A stretch of 32,000 nucleotides of DNA from a cyanobacterium endosymbiont of Epithemia turgida isolate EtSB Lake Yunoko (GTDB lineage: Bacteria; Cyanobacteriota; Cyanobacteriia; Cyanobacteriales; Microcystaceae). The stretch spans positions 360,001-392,000 of the forward strand of contig NZ_AP012549.1 of NCBI RefSeq assembly GCF_000829235.1. The letters are read 5' to 3'. The translations under genes and the position numbers were made by a program. The notes under the pieces are model-generated. The model saw only the letters and a list, made by a program, of their open reading frames with translations, ran no database searches and was not told the origin of the DNA. How positions within the stretch are numbered: the first letter of the stretch is position 1; every line of letters starts with the position of its first letter. Of the stretch, positions 21,161-30,577 are shown in pieces.

Positions 21161-22834
21161 CCTAAATAGGGTAGAGCAATTTATAGGGTCTTGCCCTTGA
21201 GTAATTTGCAGCAATTAGTGATCGCCAAGTAACTTTTGGGTTTAATGATCAACAAGAATATTTAACCGTCACTACTTGATAGTTAAGAGGAGGAGATGTT
21301 AACAGTTGAAATTAAATAGGGGTTGAACTTGTGTCGGAGTTAATGACTATAATTTTCTGAAATATAGATTCGCAGAATCTATATTTCTTACAGCTGGGGG
21401 TAATTGCTTGTCCTGGAAGGAGATTTGATCTCCTAAAGCTGTAGACTAATGACTACCCTAAATTAAGTTCTAATATAAATAAATCATAGAAAAATTCGTG
21501 GGTATGAAACAACTCTTGTGTTTAAGCTAAATTGAAGAATTGTTAGTGATCCCTTAAAAGTCCTGCAAAATTTGTTAGTCAAAGTTCGGTGATTATGTAA
21601 GCTCATTTTCTTGAAAAATTTTTATAAAGTGGAATATATACAAAGTTCTGGAATACCTATAATGAGTAATAAATGTCAGAAAAATCATCGCATAACAACT
21701 CATTATTTACACTAGCAGGATGAAAAGCGATAGAAATTTCCTTGTCAAATGATAAACGCGATAATTTAATTATATCAAAGGGTTTTCCTCAGTTTTAGTA
21801 ATCACTCCATAAATATGTGAAGTTCCTATAGTAAAAAATAAATTTGGCTATGAGCTTCTTGATTTAGCTATTTTCGATGAGCTGAGAACTATTTTGTAGT
21901 TTTCTATCATATAAACTTGATAAATTCACTTATTTAAGTTTATTTTTTTGTATAACTATCTATGAATTAGATTATACTTATTTGGCATAAAATTCTTTAT
22001 CTAGTTAGCAACTTAATTAATAGATAAATCAATCCAAACAACACCAAGCAAACATTTTATTTTTCAGTAAAACAGGTAAATATAGATTGTAATTTTTAAT
22101 TATTTATCTTTGAAAGACTCTCTTGAATATTGGTCAATAGTCGATTATATTAAATAATATAATTGACTATTCTAAAAAAAGATTATTTATAGAATAAAAA
22201 CATAAATTCTTGCTAAAATATATTAATATTATTTAATACCTATATTACGCTGTCATAAAACTTTTCATGAAAAGTACACTTACCTCATAAAGAGTGCTAA
22301 AAAGCAGTTTATACAAAACCTACATAACTATTAATAGTAGATTTTATAGAAAAACATCAAACATAGTAGCTTTATGAACAAAAATTCTGTTAAGAACATT
22401 AGGTTAGAGATATCTAAAAGATTCTGTACTTTATAAAGTACTTTTATAAACTTATTTTGGCTATCTTAATTACACTTGATTGTAATTCGTAGTATTGTTA
22501 ATAACTTATCTAGTCTTACATAATTAAATTTTATATCATTACTTCTATTTATGCCATTCTGGCTACAGAAGAGTTAATATTCTTAATAAGATTTAAATAA
22601 CGTTACTTTGTGATCTATCAAAGTTTCTAAAAACCCAAAACAATTAAACTCTTCAGGAGAGTATCAAATAATAAAACCTACTCACAAGAACATATTTATT
22701 TTGAGTAGTTAACACTTTAATTTTACTGAGTTTGGGGATTTACTCTAACTAAAATTTATTAGCTGCTGAAATCAATTATAATAGTAGAAGGAAAAAGTAA
22801 AAACAAAACTAAAAGTTATTTTTTTTTAAAACCT

Positions 22835-23524
22835 GTGTTCACTGGATTAATTCAAGGCCTTGGTACAATACATCCGCAGGGATCCGACTGCTTTATTATT
22901 TCCTTAAGAGATAGCAAGAAGACCGATATTTGGACAGATCTTGCCCTGGGAGATAGTGTAGCCATTGATGGAATTTGTTTAACTGTTGAGGAAATAACCT
23001 CTGATGGATTTATAGCTACTGCTTCCTCAGAAACATTACAAAGAACAACTTTAGGTCAACAAGTCCAAACTGCTAGTTATGTTAATGTGGAACTTTCTTT
23101 ACGAATTGGCAGCAAACTAGGCGGACATTTTGTTACTGGACATGTTGATGGAGTAGGTTATTTTGTGGAAGCGATCATTACTGGGAAAGCTTGGGAAATG
23201 TTCTTTGCCGCACCCCCTTCCCTTCTGGAACAGTGGCAAAAGAACATTGAACGGTATCTTTTTCCTAAAAGCAGTGTGGCAGTCAATGGCATTAGTTTAA
23301 CCATCGCTGAATATGATCCTAAGGAGCACTGGTTTAAAGTAGCAGTAATTCCCCACACTTATTATCAAACCAATCTCTCTCATCTTAAAATTGGGAACTG
23401 GGTAAATATTGAAGGAGATATACTAGGCAAACACGTTGCCAAGTTGTTAGGACAATATTCAAATTCTTATCAAGCTTCTCAAGATATTAGCTTAGGTTTT
23501 CTTTCAGAACATGGATATCTCTAG
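22835..23524 (+). CDS. ribE: riboflavin synthase alpha chain
   Basis: GTG start, N-terminus MFTGLIQGLGTI. The two lumazine-binding repeats are present (GDSVAIDGICLTV and SSVAVNGISLTI), and the length is 229 aa. Confidence 0.9.
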   Translation: MFTGLIQGLGTIHPQGSDCFIISLRDSKKTDIWTDLALGDSVAIDGICLTVEEITSDGFIATASSETLQRTTLGQQVQTASYVNVELSLRIGSKLGGHFVTGHVDGVGYFVEAIITGKAWEMFFAAPPSLLEQWQKNIERYLFPKSSVAVNGISLTIAEYDPKEHWFKVAVIPHTYYQTNLSHLKIGNWVNIEGDILGKHVAKLLGQYSNSYQASQDISLGFLSEHGYL

Positions 23525-23599
23525 TTATCCTAACAATATGTTAAGTGTAGAGACATAGACATTGAGATTATAGTTAAGGTCTGATAATCAATATGTTAA

Positions 23600-24700
23600 T
23601 TATGAAGTATTTGAAAAATTCAAAGATATGACGATAAAAGGTTTTTACTGCAAAAAAAATCAGATAAAATCGTTCGGTTTTTATGTATATGAGAAAATAA
23701 ACTATTCTGGAAAAACAATACTTGAAAAAAACAATAATCTTGAGCTATTGCTGACTTATCATAACTAAATAAATATACATGAACCTCTTCCTAAGAGAAC
23801 AGAAGTTTTTTAGTATTTGAGAGTTAATGAATATTTTAGTAACTTAGTTGGAGCTTATCGATAACGAACTAAAGACTGTAAGAAAATATTACTATATAGA
23901 CGATAATTTTTTGCAAAATAATATTTTGGGACAACAGAAAATTGATAGATATTCAATGGTTAATATTCTGACACTAATACCAAGCGTTAGTAAAACACCG
24001 TATAGCTAGATACTCAATTTTATAAACCTTTAAAAATTTTTACCTACATCATTCCAGAATTAATTCAAAAAAGTACGCACGAGACAACTGTTAGATTAGC
24101 CGACCGTAGACAAAAAGTCATCAATAAATCTAGACTTTTGAGAAAAAACAAACTAAAACTGTCTCATAAATTGGCTTTAAAGCAATGTTCGAAAAATTTT
24201 TGTCAAGTTCCAATATGAAAAGATTCAATAACACTTAGATTATCAGTAATAGATTTGCATACGTAAAGTCTCTCCATCCCATTAGCTTTTCAACAACATT
24301 TTTTATCTGTATCCAAAATTTTAGCAAAACTTTCTTTTTAAAAGCTCTTTATTGATAAAGTATAATTAAAATTTTTATTTAGTTTATATTTAGTTTTATT
24401 ACCTTTTCTTAACTCTTGTGCATTACTCTTTTCATTCTTATATTTATTAGATACCCCACAATACTCCCTGATTTATAAATTTTTTTCATTAAATTATACC
24501 CAAGCTACGACTTCTTGAACTTCCCATATTTTTGTATTTAAACATAATGTTTCTGTTACCCAATTCTGTTATTGGCTGAATTTCCAGATGTTCCAAAATC
24601 TAAAATATCATTTTTCATCTAAACTAGATTACTACTTTAGTTTTTTAGACTTATAGTCTGTTTATCTACTTAGCAATAAACAGACTATAAGTAGTATGCC
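23600..24700 (-). pseudogene. phr: decayed deoxyribodipyrimidine (CPD) photolyase
   Basis: Minus-strand frame-hopping translation gives LKN*SSNLV*MKNDILDFGTSGNSANNRIGNRNIMFKYKNMG (cf. LKtaGi.v....dqlL..p..i....GnPY.VftPfWKNW). It continues with VLLKFWIQIKNVVEKLMGWRDFTYANLL (cf. LSPaLkFG.Ig.R.vw......ELaWREFyqh.L). Then come IIVYIVIFSYSL*FVID (cf. RMIVASFLTKDLiIDW) and a tail YLFSYDKSAIAQDY (cf. riFNP..QA.KfDp). It is riddled with stops, and the boundaries are approximate. Confidence 0.6.
24649..24692. repeat. perfect hairpin with a 17-bp stem and 10-nt loop, inside the photolyase ghost
   Basis: ACTTATAGTCTGTTTAT / ctacttagca / ATAAACAGACTATAAGT. Confidence 0.9.
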
Positions 24701-24964
24701 CTTTAAAAATCTACTTTCAACTTAGCTCTTTTGATTATTTTTATTAAAAAAAATCTAACTAAACTACAAAAAAAATAACAAATATTCACTTAGAGTTGAC
24801 ATTTATGTTAAAAGTTATGTAGCTTAATAAGGGGTAAAATTAGACATAATATCGTTCATCTCGACATAGCTAACAGAAAGGGTTGTGAAGGGACGGAAGT
24901 AAGTAAAGACAACTGAAGGAACGCAAGACAACCTATAGACTATTAATGAGGTATAAACACGTAG

Positions 24965-25195
24965 ATGCTTATGTTTTCTTTGATTACTTTAACAATTGCT
25001 TCAGTGTCTGTTTTTCTTAGCTTTAAGGCTAAAGAAGATGTGTTTAAGGCAGCAATGGGATGTACTGCTACTTTGTCCACTTTCGTAACTTTAGTTGTTG
25101 CACCTTGGATTCTTAAGCTCGCTATTTTAGCAATTCCTATTTTGATTATCGACAGACTCAACAACAAAACTACTGAAGAATCAACTCACGGCTAA
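24965..25195 (+). CDS. hypothetical small membrane protein with two predicted TM helices (orphan ORF)
   Basis: 76-aa ORF with two hydrophobic stretches (FSLITLTIASVSVFLSF and LVVAPWILKLAILAIPILII). It is preceded by a comparatively GC-rich leader and a TTGACA hexamer near 24796. No family recognised. Confidence 0.4.
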   Translation: MLMFSLITLTIASVSVFLSFKAKEDVFKAAMGCTATLSTFVTLVVAPWILKLAILAIPILIIDRLNNKTTEESTHG

Positions 25196-25304
25196 AAGTA
25201 CTAATTGCTATGTTATCTTAACTAAGTAGAGGCTAGGGATGGGATAAATAAAGGTTTATACCTCTTCTAGACTTAGGATAATACGTTAGTAGCTAATAAC
25301 TTAC

Positions 25305-25690
25305 GATAGTTTCGCTTTAACTGTGTTCTATGGCTATGAAAGCCTAATTTTAATAACAATTGAGTTTTTAGAACGCAAGGGGATTGTACTTCTAGAGAGG
25401 GAAATTAACCCGCCAAATGCTCCTTGTTATAGTGATTTAGGCTTAGACTATTAGTCGTAAATCGATAAATTATCACATCAACTTTGTCACAAAGAAATTT
25501 AAATTCATCGTAATTTATCAGAAGAATTAGGGACAGATACACAATCTCAAAAACTATATTTATCATTGATAATTTTGAGAGAATCTGCTTCCGAAGCGAT
25601 TACTCAAAATCACAAGAAATTTGTAATTTGTCTTCAATGTTTAAATTTTCAAAAAGCGTGCGAATTGGAACCTCTTTTAAATCCAAGTTC
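25305..25690 (+). pseudogene. possible decayed ArsC/Spx/YffB-fold (thioredoxin-like) gene
   Basis: Plus-strand reading gives LTVFYGYESLILITIEFLERKGIVLLEREIN (cf. YffB vTlYGiknCdt.kkAr.WLE...i.y.fhD), with the Cys motif lost. It continues with IDKLSHQLCHKEI*IHRNLSEELG (cf. InelGwe.LlNtRgttwrkL). The similarity is weak and recalled from memory. Confidence 0.3.
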
Positions 25691-27376
25691 TATTTCTAGT
25701 AAACTGACGCTACTTCATGGATATATTCACCCTCAAAAAAATAATCAAGTATATTCCCAAGCTTTTGTTTGACTTGAAGAAGAGAGTCAAATTGAGTCAG
25801 TTAAACAACTATCAACACAAGAAAATCGTACCGTAGGAGTGATCACAGCCACCCAAAAGTATCATAGTCGATATACTATCGTTTGTGCAGATGGACTAAG
25901 TCGTTATTTACTCAATAAAATTGGTGTAACAGTTGATGTTTATTTTACTCATATACAGTTAATCGTGATTCCTCATGTAGATATTAAATTGCGAATGTGA
26001 GTAATACCAGCTATTTTCAAAAGACTAATAGCAGAATCGAAACTTAATAATTATCGGCGGAAATAATCCCAGTTCAGATATTATTGCTGAGAAACATAAT
26101 TTCTTGATGATCATTTTTGTTTAAAATCACTTAGCTAAATTTGCACCGATCCGATAGTAAAAATTGATCAAATTTTGAGTGAAGAAACCATAATAAAAGA
26201 AATTGATCGAATTTTACCTACTTTAGAAAGTCTGCCAGAAACATTATATGATTGTTTAATTGTATTTACGCCTCATTCTAGTACTAGGGTGGGGAGAATT
26301 GAAATGTTTACCAGACTTTATTGATTTTTTTATTTACAATAAATACCTTAGTTTTTACTTCTACTATAACCAGACAGTTTGCAAATTAAGTAACAGAAGA
26401 CAGTCAACAAATACCAGTTATTAATTAACTTTTGTATGTTAAAAGTTGGTATTGTCTAAATTAGCTAGTGTCTAACCCCTTCCCTACTCAATTAATTATT
26501 TTAAGTTTACTGTCAAACGTGATCAACGTCTGATTGCATCGAGAGTTAGGATAGATATAAAAAAGGAATTAAAGAACTTAAAATATGAATTAACTGGCTT
26601 ATGTAGATAACTAAAGTAGTTTATTAAGAAGAAATTAGAGAACATTTAATCAACATAAATTATATCTAGTTAGTAATCTAACCTATAAATAAAAAAGTTA
26701 CAGTTATCTATTTGATAGCATAAATTCTTAAAGGTATTGAAAAATAATTATACAATCAATTAAAATCAATAAAGTGATTAAAATAGTGGCATAACTAACT
26801 GAATTGTAGCTATAACTAGTGGCGTGATTAATTTATTTTTATCTAAATTTATAAAAATTTAGATAAATTATGTAGTAATAGTTTATATTAAAGTGATAAA
26901 CACCTTATAGTATCTAAGGTTAAGACATAGTGAGGGATAAAAGCTTTATATACATACTCCCTTAGCTGATTTTAAAAAAACCTCTAACCAAATAGCTAGG
27001 GATTCAAGAAGACCGAAAAAAAATTGTTTTCTACATTATCTGAAAGATAATGTTAATACTTCATCTTTTTCTAATTATAGAAAGGTATTTTAAATAACTA
27101 AATTTACTACGTCTACAGTTAATGACTAACCTAAAATATTGCTCAGTTCAAACATTCTAGAAACCGAAGTATTGATAACTGTTTGATTGATATTTATTAT
27201 TTCAGATAATTGTCAACTTATTTATATTTGGATCTAGATATTGAGAATAACAAATGTATTTTTTAATGTTGCTTAATTCGCCTTAAATTAAGGATATAAG
27301 CTAATTTAAATTAATTTTTAAAGAGGTTTTTTTATTATTGATAATTTATATTTCATACTTTAGCCATATTTTAAGT

Positions 27377-28816
27377 CTAACTACGATACCAATTTGTGAC
27401 ACCTTCAGGTTGATCAACTAAAATAATACCGTGCTCCTTTAACTTATCTCTAATACAGTCACCTTCAACATAATCTTTACTTTGACGGGCTCTTTTTCGT
27501 TGCTCTATAAAATCTTTAATTTCTTTATCACTTAACCTGTTATTCAACTCTTTTTGGTCCTCATGTAGGTCAACTTCTAGCCCTAAAACTTGTGCTAATT
27601 CCACTAAAGTTTTCCATTTTTCTTCTAATACTTTAGGTGAAGTGTCTGTATTTCCCTGATGTACTAAGACATTGCTTGCCCTACGTAATTCTTTAGCAAT
27701 TTGAAATAATATTGCTAAACCACCTGCGAAGTTAAAATCATCATCAACTACTTCTTGAAATCTTTGTTTTAAAGTAGAGGAAGACTTGGAAGTAGAAAAG
27801 CCTAATTCAGACCCGTATTGATAACCAAAAAGTAACCCTTCTTTAAGAGAATGCCAACTATTGGTTGCTGCTTTCAACGCTTCATCAGTAAAGTCCACTG
27901 GTTTGCGATAATGTGCCTGAAGAATAAATAGTCGCATAGCCATTGGATGAATTTTATCTAATAAATCTCGAATAGTGATGAAATTTCTTAAAGATTTAGA
28001 CATTTTTTCTCCTTCTACTTTCACCATACCATTGTGCATCCAATAACGAGCTAAAGGTTTTCCTGTTGCGGCTTCTGACTGGGCAATTTCATTTTCATGA
28101 TGAGGAAAAATAAGGTCACTTCCCCCTACATGAAGATCGATAGTTTCTCCCAGGTGTTCTAAAACCATCGCAGAGCATTCAATATGCCACCCTGGGCGAC
28201 CCTTTCCCCACGGAGATTCCCATGAAGGTTCTCCTGGTTTTGCACTTTTCCAGACAGCAAAATCACAGGGATCTTTTTTTGCTGTTTCAAATTCTTCTAC
28301 ATCTACTCTTCCACTAGCTCCTACTTGTAAATTCTCTAATTTTCGACCTGAAAGTTTTCCATAGTCTTTGAAATGCCGTACTGAGTAATAAACATCTCCA
28401 CCAGATTCATAAACATAGCCTTTTTGTTTGAGTTTAGACACTAAGTTTTTAATACCATTGAGAGTATGAGTCGCGCGGGGGTAAGCATCTGCCTTTTTGA
28501 TATTAAGACGTTCCATATCCTTAAAATAAGCCTTAATAAACTGTTTGGTAATTAATTTTATCGGTAAATTATCTTTCTGCGCTCGATTAATAATTTTATC
28601 GTCAATATCCGTAAAATTTTGAATATAAGTTACATCATAACCACACCATTGTAAGTAATTCCGCACTACATCCCATATCATACAGGTTCTAGCATGACCC
28701 AAATGGCAATAGTCATAAACAGTAATACCACAGCAATACATGAGTACTTTATTATTTTCAATAGTTTTAAAAGGTTCTTTTTGACGGGTTAAAGTGTTAT
28801 AAATACTGAGTGTCAT
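27377..28816 (-). CDS. cysS: cysteine--tRNA ligase
   Basis: 479-aa ORF. The class-I HIGH motif appears as CHLGHAR, the KMSKS motif is present, and WPGWHIECS-type zinc and Cys-binding context appears as GRPGWHIECSAM. Confidence 0.93.
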   Translation of the reverse strand: MTLSIYNTLTRQKEPFKTIENNKVLMYCCGITVYDYCHLGHARTCMIWDVVRNYLQWCGYDVTYIQNFTDIDDKIINRAQKDNLPIKLITKQFIKAYFKDMERLNIKKADAYPRATHTLNGIKNLVSKLKQKGYVYESGGDVYYSVRHFKDYGKLSGRKLENLQVGASGRVDVEEFETAKKDPCDFAVWKSAKPGEPSWESPWGKGRPGWHIECSAMVLEHLGETIDLHVGGSDLIFPHHENEIAQSEAATGKPLARYWMHNGMVKVEGEKMSKSLRNFITIRDLLDKIHPMAMRLFILQAHYRKPVDFTDEALKAATNSWHSLKEGLLFGYQYGSELGFSTSKSSSTLKQRFQEVVDDDFNFAGGLAILFQIAKELRRASNVLVHQGNTDTSPKVLEEKWKTLVELAQVLGLEVDLHEDQKELNNRLSDKEIKDFIEQRKRARQSKDYVEGDCIRDKLKEHGIILVDQPEGVTNWYRS

Positions 28817-28840
28817 TAGTAAGTTTATACTTGATAGTTA

Positions 28841-28879
28841 CAGTGCAGTGATACTATTATTAATAGTATCACTGCACTG
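28841..28879. repeat. 39-nt perfect palindrome (19-bp arms around one central T), 25 nt upstream of the cysS start codon
   Basis: CAGTGCAGTGATACTATTA-T-TAATAGTATCACTGCACTG. Each of the 19 positions was checked against its mirror. On the + strand a T5 run follows at 28885-28889. Confidence 0.92.
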
Positions 28880-30577
28880 AGTACTTTTTAGAAGATTAAG
28901 AGCATGCACGGTTCGTTCCATAATTATCGGAATAAAATTTTGACAATCGATAAAGCAAAGGAAATATACTTAATTTGGTGACTTAGAGGAAGTTTAACTC
29001 ATAAGTTCTAGAAGTAGAAGAATGTAACTTTATGGAATAACAAAAATGACTAATTTCTATAAGACTAAATTTCTGTAGACAACTTGATAAACTCATGCCT
29101 TAAATTTCATATAAATAATCTTAATTCGGATAACTTCAAAAGAGAAGATCAAAGACTTGTCAATAGAAAAATCTCATACTATTAGAGTAGTTGAATAAAA
29201 AATTAATCAAAGATAAACTAAAATTAATTTACTAAAATATAGATATTGCTACTTCATTTAAATAAAGTCAGTATATAACTTTATTTTTAATAATTAAAAT
29301 AATATTTGTATGTTTTGCCACAATTATAGGATTATTTAAACTATCTATTTTAATAGAACTCATCTACATCATTTAAGCAAGAATATTAGTATAAAATCAT
29401 ACTGATTGCATTAATTATATTTGTCTAAACTTTATAAATTCTCGAAATGACAGTTTATAATTAACTATTTAAATAAAAAAATAAGAAATAATTTAAAATT
29501 TATGATAGTTATTAATCCATAAGTTCTCTTTTTAATAAACTTCAATTTATTGTTGACGCCTTCCACTATTTTTCTTATTATAAATCACTCAAAATTTTTG
29601 CAAAATTACACATATACAGTCTATAAAAAATATAAGAAAAATTTAAATAATTTTAAAACTAACTATTATCAATGATGATATTATTCTTATTCGAAATTAA
29701 AGAAAATTTAAGTATAATAGTAAAAAATAAGAATGATAATCTAAATTAGATATTTTTATATTAAAAATTAGTATCAGATTTAAGTTAACTAACGCGCCTA
29801 TTGATTTTAGGTTTGACTAGAGCTTCTCAGACTAAGAAATTATCTGATTCTCTCAGAATAATTTGTGTTAGTTAAGAGTTCATCTACTTTCTTGACAATT
29901 GATAACATAGTGTTGTTTATTTATATTCAACTACTTATCTATATAGTAGAGCACTACGTAAAAATAAATATTAAAATGAGTTTTGAATTAAAAAGTGAGT
30001 AGTATTAGTTATACTGACATTTATGATTTATGATAAAAAGCAATTAAAACAGTATAAAACAACACAAAAAATCAAAGTTTATCGTTTATTTGTAATTAGT
30101 CGCAATATTTTCAATTTACAGTTTAAAATAGCAAAAAATAAGAGATTATACTGTAGCTATTAATATAATGAAGACTTAGTACAATGTATAATTAAGAATA
30201 TATAAAAATTTTAGTACTTTGTAAAGTAAAATAATAATTTAATTTTAAGAAACATGGCTAAATTATGGGAGATCAATATTGATCAATGAAGTATGATTTA
30301 TATATGCTAAAAATTATGAATTATTTTAAAAAATAAATAAACTAAAATATTTAGATAAAGTTTATCTGTTAACAAAGAGAATTATCTATATAGCTAAAGT
30401 CTTACTCTAATATTTTTACATAGTACTATAACTATAGCTCTTTATAGATTTATGATCAATTGTTAAACTTTGCCTTTGCATTTTTTATATTTGTATGACA
30501 GTTTTCATAAACCAAATTATCTTTGAAATCAATTAATATTTTAGTTATTTTAGGGTGAGCAATCCCCACCCATAAAC

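Noticed and set aside
21284-21319. Strong AAGAGGAGGAG purine tract followed by a 7-codon ORF (MLTVEIK*) as a fossil translation start or micro-ORF
   Set aside because: The GGAGG is only about 2 nt from the ATG, too close for a functional Shine-Dalgarno sequence, and the ORF is too short to evaluate. It is probably a fragment of an unrecognised ghost.
28838-28921. Upstream 27-codon ORF as a Cys-sensing leader peptide for cysS attenuation
   Set aside because: It has only one Cys codon, and there is no alternative terminator/antiterminator pair that I can draw, so the palindrome is reported as an observation only.
30545-30577. GGGTG...CACCC hairpin just downstream of the thrS stop as a rho-independent terminator
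   Set aside because: It has only a 5-bp stem with a 9-nt loop and no U-run in the thrS direction.
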